Positions 11,640-23,125 of a stretch of 64,000 bases of DNA are shown here, one piece after another. The notes beneath the pieces are model-generated. The model saw only the letters and a list, made by a program, of their open reading frames with translations. It did no database searches and was not told the origin of the DNA. This stretch comes from Chlorokybus atmophyticus (taxonomy: Eukaryota; Plantae; Mesostigma and Chlorokybus algae): assembly GCA_009103225.1 (NCBI GenBank), contig RHPI01000585.1, forward strand, positions 285,061 through 349,060, given 5' to 3'. Both the position numbers and the translations under genes were made by a program. Position 1 is the stretch's first letter, and the number at the start of each line of letters is the position of its first letter.

Positions 11640-13710
11640 TGTTAAATGTTACAGGTTGTAGAAAGTACATGTATAGGCGGCGCCTACATGTAGTTAGTAC
11701 GATCAGCTTAACTTTTATAGTTACGGGAGTTACGAGGATTACGAGAGTTACGGCAGTTATGGTCAATCATGGTCAACTTTGACTTTGACCATTAACTAGT
11801 GTTGACTAGTGTTGACTTTGACCAGAGTTGACTAGAGTTGACTAGTGCTTACTAGCATAGTATATAAGACACTGTATACTGCTTACTACAATGGGTCGCA
11901 CATTGTCTCTATAGTTGGTGTGCTTGCTGCACTTGTCTTTAATGTGTGCACACTTGTATATAAGAGGCAAACACATACACACTAGGCGCATCACTAGTTC
12001 TCAACAGGTTATGGGCCCACATCCGCTTGTGTAATCGCTTGTGCTAGTGAGAGAAAGTGTTGAGCATAAGCACCTATTAGGAGAGTGTTTTTGAGGAGAG
12101 GGTGAGTTGTTCTATTGTGTAGCAAGCAATGGCTGACACAGTAAGGATGCCCATCGATTCCCTTGATCTTCACAACTACGCTTCATAATCGCTGAAGATG
12201 AAGTTGGTGCTGATCCGCAAGAAGCTCTGGAGTTTTGTTGACCCCACCTCCTCCACATCATTGCGGCCAAGAACAGTTGACGCTGGTACGTGGACAGAGA
12301 ACTCACCATTAGCTTTTGCGCTGATAGGCTTGCACGTGAAAGACTTCCATCTCCCCCTTATTGCGGATTGCAAGACTGGATGTGAGCCGTGAGAGGTCTT
12401 CGACACCCTCTTCAAGGCCAACAGCAACTCGCGCAAGTTGCAGCTGAGACGCAAGCTGACACTTCTGAAGATGGAGCACAAAGAGCCAATCCAGAAGTAC
12501 ATCTCGCGTGCAAGGGAGCTTTGGCAAGACCTTGCAGCAGTGGGCCACGATGTGAAAGAAGAGGACAAAGAGTGTCACTACTGCAAGATGAAGGGCCACT
12601 TCATTCGCAAGTACCAGAAGAGGATCCACGATGAGGCAACCAAGGAGGAGCACGCCACGATGGCGATTGCTTTTTAGCATTGGTGAGGACCTTAAAAAGT
12701 TGCAGTGGATGGTGTTCGTCCGTCCTCTCCCACTACAAGGGCGCGCGAAGGACATGCGTAGATGGAGGTCGCAGACACAAAGGTTTGTGAAAGTTATTGC
12801 TAGCCTATGAGTAGTTGCTGATGTTGAGCCGCGTACACTAGAGGTTGCATTGCTGTGGAGTTGTTTTTTGGTAGCACACAGGTGTGCGGTACTGGTTAGA
12901 ACACTTCAATTGATTGGCATGCAAGGACTGAGCTGTATAGCTAGCTAATAGGAGATGGGAGGGGTGCTTTCCTTGGTAGGGTCTGATCAACCCTTGCACG
13001 GCCTACACTCTGGTACCGCATTGCTAAGGTAAAGAACTCAGTGTAGTTTATATAGCATAGTTTGCCGTTGATGGAGTCTTCGAAACCACTTGAGCAAGGT
13101 CAGGCGTGGCGTGGTGGACCTAATGCGACCACCATGAAGAGGAAACAAGGAGTATTGGAACCTTGTAGTCCTGTTGGCAGCACGAGGAGAAGGATGGTGT
13201 CATTGAAACAAGCATCAAGTCCGTGGGAGCAACACATCCGTGAGAGTGTTCAATGGAGTAAGTTAATGTGGGTAAGCTTGCGAGGAGATCTTGGAGTTCA
13301 AGGAAGCTGCTCGCGTGGGAGTGTTAAATGTTATAGGTTGTAGAGAGTACATGTATAGGCGGCGCCTACATATAGTTGGTACGATCACCTTAACCTTTAT
13401 AGTTATGGGAGTTACGAGAGTTACGGGAGTTATGGGAGTTATGGCAGTTATGGTCAACCATATGGTCAACTTCAAATTTGACCGTTGACTTTGACCATTA
13501 ACTAGTGTTGACTAGTGTTGACTTTGACCAGAGTTGACTAGAGTTGACTAGTGCTTAGTAGCATAGTATAAGACACTGTATCCTGCTTAATACAGTGGGT
13601 CGCATATTGTCTCTATATTTGGCGTGCTTCCTGCACTTGTCCTTAATGTGTGCACACTTGTACGTAAAAGGCAAACACACACACATTAGGCGCATCACTA
13701 GTTCTCAACA
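11640..13710 (+). mobile_element. Non-autonomous Ty1/copia derivative (gag remnant only, pol deleted)
   Basis: LTRs 11640-12006 and 13322-13710 (TGTT..CAACA), 5-bp TSD CCGCC on both sides, PBS GGTTATGGGCCCAC at 12007, PPT-like CGCGTGGGAG before the 3' LTR, gag remnant KLQLRRKL..EPIQKYISRARELW..CHYCKMKGH at 12131-12677. Confidence 0.93.
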
Positions 13711-14985
13711 CCGCCTACTGAGTGTCCACAAGCGTGCCAAAACATTGTGTAGGTGTTGAAGGGTTCAGCACGGCATGGGGGTATGCCTTTATCATGTCTT
13801 TTTTGTATGTGGTGCGTGGGCTGCAATGTGATGTAGTGCATCACATGTATGTGAATGCAGGCATCGGTGTTGTTTCCATTATCTGTTGCCTAGCTACAGC
13901 AGTTTTATGGACCGATTTAGCGACCTTAACTCCCTCCTTGCGGGTTTACTCCTAACTGAAAAATGGCGGATGAGTCTTGTGCTGTTATTACAGAATCACC
14001 TGCGCACATGTTGGCGTGCTTCGGCTTTGCTATTGGGTGGACACGTGTGTAATAGGCGTCATATCTAATAGGGTGCTATGTAGTGTTGTTGAACTGTTTA
14101 AGTGCTATCAATTAGGCGCATTAGCATGTGTATCATCATTTGGATGCCTGTGTTCTACAATTTGACATGCGACATGCCTATCCGGCGTGGCTGAAAGGGT
14201 CTCTTCCTAAATGACGGGCCCGACATGCAGGTATTATCCGTTCCACTGTGTGCCTACATGGACTGGTATGAGGTGAGAGTGTGCTATTGTGTACCACTAC
14301 ACACTTGCACTTGTTCACTTGGCAGGTGCAATTTTTGACGTGGCTGCACATTGAATTGCTGTTCATTCACGGGCGTGTGTGGTATGGGACACCGAGGATG
14401 CTGCAGACACTGCGTCGACAACCTTTGATGAAGTTGTTAGATTCTCCCATCCTGTTTGTTGGCAAGCGAAACATTAGTGAGACCTGTGAGCTCCTTGCTC
14501 TTAACTTCAGGCATGCAGTATGCCATTTGACATGTTGGAGTTGATGCGTTACTGATGTGCTTATGCATTTGCTGTTGTTGCCAAGGATGCCTTTGATTTT
14601 GAGCTAAAGCCGTCCATGCTTCACCGTCACATCAGGGTGAGGTCACATGCTTATATCGCGGTGTGCACTCTGTGCATTGTGTACTATACTCGGATACTCA
14701 AATGTACATGTTGAATTCAGGTGTGAGGGAAGTGCTCCTTCTGCAGCCCTCGACATCATAGCTGTCATAAAGCAGGTTTTTGTTGAACTTATGAAATTTA
14801 GCAAGCATTATAATCTTCGAGCGCACAACTTGTCGCGCTCGCATAGGTATGTACATTGTCATTGCCGGTGTATCAAGTGGGCTCCAACCACTAGGCTATG
14901 GCAGCAAAAGACGCTACCATAAGTGAGCTGTCGTAGTTTATGTCAACTTGAAATCGTGACATTCCTCCCCAAATAACCTACGGGT

Positions 14986-15289
14986 TTTTTATTATTCAAT
15001 AAACCACTTATTAGCCCACGTCGCCGGCACGGCCGTACCGCGACCGGTTTTCCTGCAGCCATTTGGATCCGGCCATCCCCGCGCAACTTGCCATTGCGGC
15101 GCGATCGCTCATGCGGCCATAGGTCAAACTGGCTCGGCGCGCAGGTTGCAACCCTGCGCCCGGTCTAGGGCAAGCCGCCCCTAATGTTTTTTGCCCTTGG
15201 ATCTGCCTCAATCTTTAGGGAATCGAACCTGAGACGTCAAGCTTTATCACCATTGTACCGAGTGGGCTCCAACCAACAGGCAATTGTAG
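14986..15289 (-). mobile_element. Possible tRNA-derived SINE
   Basis: Minus strand: A-box-like TTGCCTGTTGGTTGGAGC, B-box GGTTCGATTCCC (15217-15228), GC-rich body and A-rich end (aataataaaaaa); a second head-only copy at ~14877-14910. No TSD found. Confidence 0.4.
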
Positions 15290-16379
15290 CAAAAGACGCT
15301 ACCATGAGTGAGGTCTTTCACAATTTATCTTAAGTTGTGACAGCTAGTGCCTCTACAACGGTGGTGTGGCAAGGGGAGTCGTACCTTATGAGCATCGTGC
15401 AAAAGTGTGTGTGCTAGTGTTGTTGCTGCCTCTCCCTTTTTATTGGTAGCATGAGCAGCAGCAACGCAAGCTTGGTTGCTTGATGTGGACTGCTTATGAC
15501 GCCAAACAAAAGAGGCAAGCATGAAGCACGTACGGAATTATTAATAAGCAAAACAGAGTATTCTTAGAATATTTGACATAAGCAGCTCGAAAATTATACT
15601 AACTAGCTTATTGAGCATGCAGCATGAAGCGCTAGGGCCGGACAATACTGCATGCATACGTATATACGGATGGAGAGGTGACAGTTGCTTTGAAAATTGC
15701 CTTTCATCAGTGGTAAAGATGTTACGACAGCCGTTGTTGTTGGCGGATGTTGCTGGATTTTGTTGTTATATTGTTGCTGCTCCTGCTGTAAGAACACAAG
15801 CGCATCAATAATCACTGACAACAACGACAATAATGACAAGGCGACAGCAGCGGCAGCTCCGACACAAGTTGCCGCAGCAGCTGCCGCCTGAAGCTGTTGA
15901 TGTCATTAATAGTGTTACGAGCACCATTAAATACCGTGCAACCATTAACTGCACCACATGTGCAACACTTGCAAACCTCCAGCAGCTCCGCCTCCGGCAC
16001 CTCGCCCCCCTCCGCTGTCGGCGCCAATAGCGCAGGTTTGGCAACCCATTGCGGCACTAGCAAACATCAGCATAGTGCCAGCTGCATGCTCGGTTAAGCA
16101 CGTGCTTGGCTGACATGTGTCTGCGCTCGCACTGATCCTGCAACCCGCGTGCCATAACGCAATTCATATGATAGGGTTTCAATAGCCGCACCTGAAAGGA
16201 CCAGGGACACGAGGAGCACAACATGCACGCTCCATCCTTCATGGACCATGCATATCTTGTACTTACAGCAATAATCCGAACAAAAACGTGCCTAATTCGA
16301 CCACGCACCACTATTTGTTTGGTCTCCTGCTAAAAAGGGACTGTATATTGTATTGTTCGGCATGCATAGTGCGCGGTTG

Positions 16380-16525
16380 CGTGCCAGGTATTGGATCCCC
16401 GAATGGACCATGAACGTTCCGTCCCCCGCAGACCAGGCACTCGTGGTTTGCGGGGCACGGACCATGTCAAGCCCGCGGGGTCCGCATGAAGGACCATATA
16501 GGGTCCTTGAACGTCAAGCCGTGTG
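16380..16525 (-). repeat. Orphan CACTA-family terminus (TIR plus palindromic subterminal repeats)
   Basis: The reverse complement of 16502-16525 (CACACGGCTTGACGTTCAAGGACC) matches the TIR at 29787 at 22 of 24 positions and is followed by GGACC..GGTCC motifs. Confidence 0.7.
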
Positions 16526-16601
16526 CTTGTAAGGAAGCCAGTTTGCATGCGCATGTGAAGTGCAGCTGCATGTCACACTAAGCATGATCAAGATGTGACA
16601 T

Positions 16602-16969
16602 TATTGAGATTGCACAGTAGCAACAATGACAAGCACAAGTATGGCGCTGACCATATAGTAGAGTGGATCTTACTGTATTGCACAACATACAGTATTTTAT
16701 ATAGTACACAAGTGAGTGCCAGTCAACACTAGTCAACGCTAGTCAAAGTCAACACTGGTCAACACTAGTCAACGGTTAAAGTCAAAGTCACATGTCGAAG
16801 TTAAGGTAAAAGTCAATGGTCAATGTCAACGTTGACCACAGTGGACTGTAACTCCCATAACGACAATTAACCGTAACTCCCAAATTGAAGATGACCGTAG
16901 AAGTTTAGCTAAAGCGCTAAACAAAGTACTTTTGATAGACATATATATAGTACATGGCATGAGGTGACA
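16602..16969 (-). repeat. Diverged solo-LTR-like copy of the 11640 LTR family
   Basis: Reverse-complement copies of the gttgactagtgttgact, ttgactttgac and gggagttacgg modules; the boundaries are approximate. Confidence 0.6.
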
Positions 16970-17600
16970 TGTTGCCATGATGGCAAATGGCTGTTCAAGC
17001 ATTGTGCTGTGTGTTGGACGTCTATTGCATGGTCAGCACACGTTTCTAAGGGGATATCCCCCTTGAGAAATTGTGTGGCCAAGTGAGAAAACATCAGGAA
17101 CGGGATATAATCATCCGGAATGCCTGTGAGCGGCCTTAGGAGGATGGGCATGCTCAAGGCAGCAATACTTGAAGTTGTGCACGTTGAGGATGGCGTAAGC
17201 ACTATTGTGCATACCTTGGCAGAGCGTTAGCAAGGTCTTTCCACCCACTAAGTGTGGGGTGCTAGGTGTTATTACTTAAGGGGCCTTCCCCTGCCATTTA
17301 TTGGGCAAGTTGCTTGTAAGAGGGGTGTGGGAGCTGCAAAGAAGCCGCCATGTAAGATTGACAGGTATCAAAAAGCTCAAAGCTCTGCTACAAGCTGCAC
17401 CATGAAGCTCTCACCGTTCCAACATGCCAGGGAGCATGTTCCTTGCCTCCCTCCGCATGTGCACGTCTCCCTATCCATGAACGAGCACTGTGCATGTGAC
17501 TATAGCAAAATAGACCTAGGTGTCTACATCGTGTGCAGACATGGACATGGTCCATGTACGGTGGACATGTGAATGATTCAAGGTCATGCATGATGTGCAT

Positions 17601-18020
17601 AAGTCCAATTGGAGACCTATTACGCTACTACCCCTTCACTACAAAATTTTAGCCAAGGCATTAGCAATACGCATTTCCCCTCTTTGGAATTTCGCCTGAG
17701 CAAGCCGGCTGTGTCAAGCACCGTTACATCTTGGACAATGTCTTGACAGCTTTGAATGCTGTTGCTTGGGCTGAGGAGTTAGACCATCAAGTGGCTTTTC
17801 TCATGCTTAACTTTGAGAAAGCATTTGACCAAATGGACTGGGACTTCCTTGAGGCGATGCTGCATGCCAAGGGCTTTGGGGACAGATTTTGTGGGTGGGT
17901 GCGCACGCTGAATGGTGGAGGCTACAGCAAGGTGTTGGTCAATGAGCATCTGTCTAAGGCCTTCCCGCTGCAGCAGAGCGTTCGCTTGGGCTGGCCACTA
18001 GCCCCTTTCCTCTCCCTTGG
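17601..18020 (+). pseudogene. Non-LTR (L1/Tx1-like) reverse transcriptase fragment
   Basis: NWRPITLL..YKILAKA, LDNVLTAL, LNFEKAFDQMDWDFL..GFGDRFCGWV..VRLGWPLAPFL (equivalent to RQGCPLSP). Confidence 0.85.
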
Positions 18021-21000
18021 CAGGCCAAATCCACCATCACTTGCAATCTTTGCAAGAAGACAGGTCATGGGGAGGCAGAGTGCTATGCAGCACAGAAGGC
18101 CAAGCAGCAGAAGGACAAAAAATAGGAATTGTCCGTGGTAGGTAGCTTAGTTTAGCAGAAAACGACTTTAAAAATGCTGTTCTTCTTGATAAAGTCTCCT
18201 CTCTTTGTGATGTATCAGATTTGGACTGATATGAGCACACCACCTGTGTTTACAAATGCAAATGGTTGTGTTTTAATCAATATTCCATTATCTGCATTAG
18301 TAACTGCTGTTAAGCACTTACACGAGTTGCAAGTACAACATGCTGTCACTGCATGTGTAGTTATCCCTTGATATCATGGCCCGTGGTCGCGATTGTTGAA
18401 AGGGGAAGAAGTAATTATGCAACTCTCATGCAAAGATACAGGAACTTCACCGTTACAAGTGATCTTTATCAAGTCTGCTATCAACTACAGCACTCCGACA
18501 TTAGCTACATTGATGGTCACTCAGTGCCACTCGAATGGAGATTTGAAAATCAACTTATGTGCACACCATGTACAGCAATGATTAATACTGGTGCAAACCA
18601 TAACTTTGAACATGCTTGGGTAAAATGTAATAACATACCTTTCACACCAGTCACGTCGTATGTACGTGCTGCTGGTTCCACCCTCAATGCAATTGGGGAG
18701 GTGAAGGGGCGTTTGGTTATTAACAGCCACAAGACTCAACCAGCTTTCATTGTGGTGGATATAGGTATCCCTGGGGTGGATGTTGTTTTGGGTGAACAGT
18801 GGCACACCAAAGCAGGTTTGCAATTTGACTCTCGAGCAAATATGTGCACCCTTCATAAGGGTAAACGTAAGGTAACGTTAAACACACCTGTACTCGCACG
18901 TGTTACTCGCGACAATGTTCCGCTCCTCTCTGCTATGCAATTAAACCATTGCATGCGTAAACGCGAGGAAGTATATCTGATGCACTTACGACAGGTAGAG
19001 ACACTTGTTAAACAAGCCTTAACTGACCCTGTGGTGCAATCACTTACGGAACAATACGCAAATGTATTTCAGGATGAACTCCCGGAGTTGCCTCCTGATA
19101 GAAACATACATCATACCATTCCGTTAGAAGAGGGGGCAAGAGTGGGCAAAGCCACCTTGGCGGTCTATCAATAGGCTAAGTCCCTTAGAACACGCGGAAA
19201 TGGAAAAGCAGCTCAAAGAGTTATTGGACAAAGGTTTATTAAGAAAGAGCATATCTCCTTTTAGTGCACCAATTTTGTCTGTGCCCAAAAAGAATGGCAA
19301 GCTACGCATGTGTATTGATTACCGTACGTTGAAGGTAACTATGAAAAATAGATACCTTTTGCCTCGGATTGATGATTTGCTTAATAAGCTGTCAGGTGCA
19401 ACAGTGTTCGGCACACTGGATTGGACCAATGGTTATCATTAAATAAATAAAAATAAAAATCCACCCGGTCAGATATACAAAAAACTGTTTGCACCCCACT
19501 AGGACACGTTGAGTATAAAGTGTTACTATTTGGGTTAACAAATGCACCAGCTACATTTCAGGCAGCAATGAACGCGGTATTTGCTGATGAGTTGTACAAG
19601 TTTGTACTGGTGTATCTTGACGACATTGTGTTCAGCAAAACCCAGGAGGAACACCAGAAGCATGTGGAATTGGTTCTAGCTAAGTTGCGCGAACACAAAT
19701 TCTATGTCAACCTGTCCAAATGCAACTTTGCAAAAGATGAACTACCCTTTTTAAGGTATGTGCTTGGCAAAAAAGGATTGAAACCAGATCCTCAACAGGT
19801 GTGTGCGGTGAAGGATTGGCCACCACCCAAGGATGTACATCAGTTACGTGCTTTCTTTGGGCTAGCCGATTATTTTTGCAAGTTCATGCAAGCATATTCT
19901 AGCATGGCAAATCCTTTAACATCTTTACTGAGAGAAGATGTTAATTTGTGTGGACGGAGGCACGAGGTTGCTTTACACGCATTAAAGATGCATTAATATA
20001 AGCCCCTTTGTTAGCCTTCCCCAACCACACCAAGCCTTTTGTGGTGATCAGTGATGCTTCCACCATTGGGTGTGGGGCAGTCCTTCTACAGGATGACGGA
20101 TGCATCCATGTGCATATGAAAGCAGAAAGTTCATTCATGCTAAACGTAATTACACAACCACTGAGCAGGAATTGCTCGGGGTGGTGCACGCGCTGCGCAC
20201 ATGGCGTTGCTACTTGGAAGGTGTGGAGTTTTTAGTGATTACTAATCACAACCCGCTCACATTCTTTCCTGCGCAACAGGACCTGTCGAGGCGGCAAGCT
20301 AGGTGGAATGAATTCATTTCTCGTTTCACTTTCACTTGGCAGTACCGTCCGGGTCGCACCAATGTGGCGGATCCACTAAGTCGTAGCCTTGCTCTTTTTG
20401 CACTTACGCGCTCTCGAAATACGCGTAATGTGCCACAGCCTGAAGATCCTTTCCCTAAAGGAAGTGTCCACAGGTTATAACTCAGATGATTGGTTTAGCT
20501 ATTAAACCAACTTGCAACGGTTTACTGCTGTTAGCAATTTGTGGTATAAAGGGGAGCAGCTGGCAATTCCCAACTCGGGCGACTTGCGTCAGCAATGTTT
20601 ACATTAAGTGTATGACCTGCCATATGTTGGGCATATGGGGAAACACAAAACACTCAAAGCTGCGCAATAGTTATACTGGTGGCCGTCAATGTCAGCTGAT
20701 GTGGATCAATGTGTTCGCACATGTGACGTGTGTCAATGTAATAAGCCACTACAACGAAAACAAGCGGGATTGCTTGAACCATTGGTAATTCCAGAATAAA
20801 AGTGGGATTGTGTCAGTATGGATTTGATTACTGACCTACCTGAGACAGCAGCCAAATACACTGCTATTGTGGTTTTTGTCGACCGGTTTAAAATGGTGCA
20901 TTTTGCCCCGTGTTGCACAACTGTGAGTGCACGGGACTTAGCACATTTATTTGTGTCCACGGTCTTTTGAGTTCACGGTGTACTGTGTGAGCTTATCACA

Positions 21001-21988
21001 AATCGTGATCCTCGGTTTGTCTCCAAGTTTTGGAGAGAAGTGTGTAAATTGTTGGGGGTAAAACAAAGCATGTCGACTGCTTTCCACCCGCAAATGAACG
21101 GTCAAACTGATCAAGCAAAACACTGGAAGAAATGCTTTGCCACTATGTGTCTCTTAACCATGTTGATTGAACAGGTACTTGCCAATCAACAAGTTCGCTG
21201 TGAACAACGCGTGGCAGAAAAGTGTAAAAGAAACCCCATTTTTCTTGAATTATGGGATTCGCCCTGTTACAGTCAAGGCCAAATTCTGTGAATTTCATGA
21301 CCGTTTTAGGCTTTATTTGTAAGGTACATGTTTTTTATGACTTGTGGCGGATATCGGCGAGTTATGAGTCTGCCGCGGATATCGACCGGGGCCCCAAGAC
21401 CAGTCCGGAAGGTGCCAGAAAACGGAGGCCAGTCGGGGCCAGTCGAGAAGGGCTCGACCAGATTTCTGAAAGGGCCTGGCGCCGAGTAGTATAATTTGAC
21501 CATATGAGCAGCAAATTAGGAGATCTTTGGTGCGTAAAAGAGGTCTAGAAGTGTACTACAGGATTCTGCAATTATATCTTAGCTTCTAGTTCCGTCTAGC
21601 GCTAGAATCGTCTAGACAGTAGCATGTGCAGACTGGTAGGTATAAAAGTAACATTCTACAATTTGCAATACAACCTTTAGCTCCCTAGTTTCTTGTGTGC
21701 AAGCTTGGTGGTGGCTAGAAGGGGTTGCTAGCGTGTGTCCACTGGTGTGTGCTTGCTTGTGTGACGATCCAAGGCGCTACACAAGTCGGTGTGTAGCTTC
21801 GAGCGCATGCGCGTGCGTACGCGAGTGGCGGGGCGCGCGTGTGTGCTTGGCCGAGGGGGCAAGGTTCCGGTGTGAATACCGTGTCTTGGTGAGAGGGTTG
21901 TGGGTTGGACCAACTCACAGGTGACAAGGCACGAGCACCGTCACAACTGGTATCGGAGCACGGTTTACGAAGGTGAGAGAGGAAGTGT

Positions 21989-23125
21989 GTGGGCGTTTAC
22001 ACTTTTTATTCGGAAGCGGAGTGTAGTGTGTTAGTGGAGATGGAGGATGCTCGCATGGAAGAGCTTCAAGCTGCCATCTTGGCACTGAGGGAAGAGCTTC
22101 ATCACACGCAAGCGGCGGCACAAGCACAACGCGAGGCGTATGAGCATGCGATGGCGCGTGTACAAATTCCCATGGCATCAAGCTGGCGCGTGCATGTGAA
22201 GGTGCCAAAGCCCAAGCCATTCAGGGGTCAACGTGATGGAGATGCAGTGGATGAATGGATTTTTCAAGTATCGTCTTGGTTGAAGCTCACGGAGGTGCCC
22301 ACGCATCTGCACATGGAGGTTGCAGCGACATTGCTTAAAGGTGCAGCACATGTGTGGTGGAGGCATCGATGTACGCGTGTTGCAAACGGGTTGGCGCTAC
22401 CATTGACCACCATGGAAGAGATGGCATTGGAGGTCAGACATCAATTGGTTCCCGTTGAGAGCGTGAAGGCCGCACGCGACAAACTTGCAGCCCTTGTGCA
22501 AATGGGGTCCGTGATGGCGTACACGGCCGCGTTTCAGCAATTAGTGATGTCCATACCCAATATGACCGAGGAGGAGCAGTTGGACAAGTATACACGTGGT
22601 TTAAAACCTTTGAGGCGTAAAAAAGTGGAGCTACGGGACTCGAAGACACTCGCGGAGGCTATACGCATCGCGGAGCGTCTCGACGCATTGTACTTCAAGT
22701 CCACCACAAGAAACACTGACTGGAGGCAAAGGCATGGTGATCAGCCCCGGGGAGGCTTTCAACATGCATGGAGACGAGGAGAACCAAGTTTAGCACTTGC
22801 CAATGGAGGTGGAGCTGACTCTGGGCCTGCACCAATCGAGGTGGGTGCCATACACACGCATGGAAGTGAGGTGAAGCACGGCGGACGTGGTGAAAGAGGT
22901 AAAGGTGTGCGCAAGTGTTATGCGTGTGGGTCGACGGAGCATTTGGCGTACGGATGCCCCAAACGAAGCACGCAAAGGCCAACACCGGATGGCAACCCTC
23001 GTCGTGATCGTCGCGTCAACACCATGGAGCAAAATGGCGTGGAGCAGGAAAACGACTTCCCCCAGTTGGTGAGGAGGCTACTGCTGGGGATAGGAAGGAG
23101 CCTCATGCACGGACGGATGCTGTGA
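21989..23125 (+). CDS. gag: Gag of the 21265 gypsy element
   Basis: PKPFRG..WIFQV..LLKGAAHVWW..ARDKL..Q.GSV..Y...F retrotransposon gag pattern with a CCHC knuckle. Confidence 0.9.
   Translation: MGVYTFYSEAECSVLVEMEDARMEELQAAILALREELHHTQAAAQAQREAYEHAMARVQIPMASSWRVHVKVPKPKPFRGQRDGDAVDEWIFQVSSWLKLTEVPTHLHMEVAATLLKGAAHVWWRHRCTRVANGLALPLTTMEEMALEVRHQLVPVESVKAARDKLAALVQMGSVMAYTAAFQQLVMSIPNMTEEEQLDKYTRGLKPLRRKKVELRDSKTLAEAIRIAERLDALYFKSTTRNTDWRQRHGDQPRGGFQHAWRRGEPSLALANGGGADSGPAPIEVGAIHTHGSEVKHGGRGERGKGVRKCYACGSTEHLAYGCPKRSTQRPTPDGNPRRDRRVNTMEQNGVEQENDFPQLVRRLLLGIGRSLMHGRML

Noticed and set aside
15215-15290. Functional tRNA gene
   Set aside because: The B-box is present, but the acceptor and anticodon stems do not pair convincingly; kept only as a possible SINE head.
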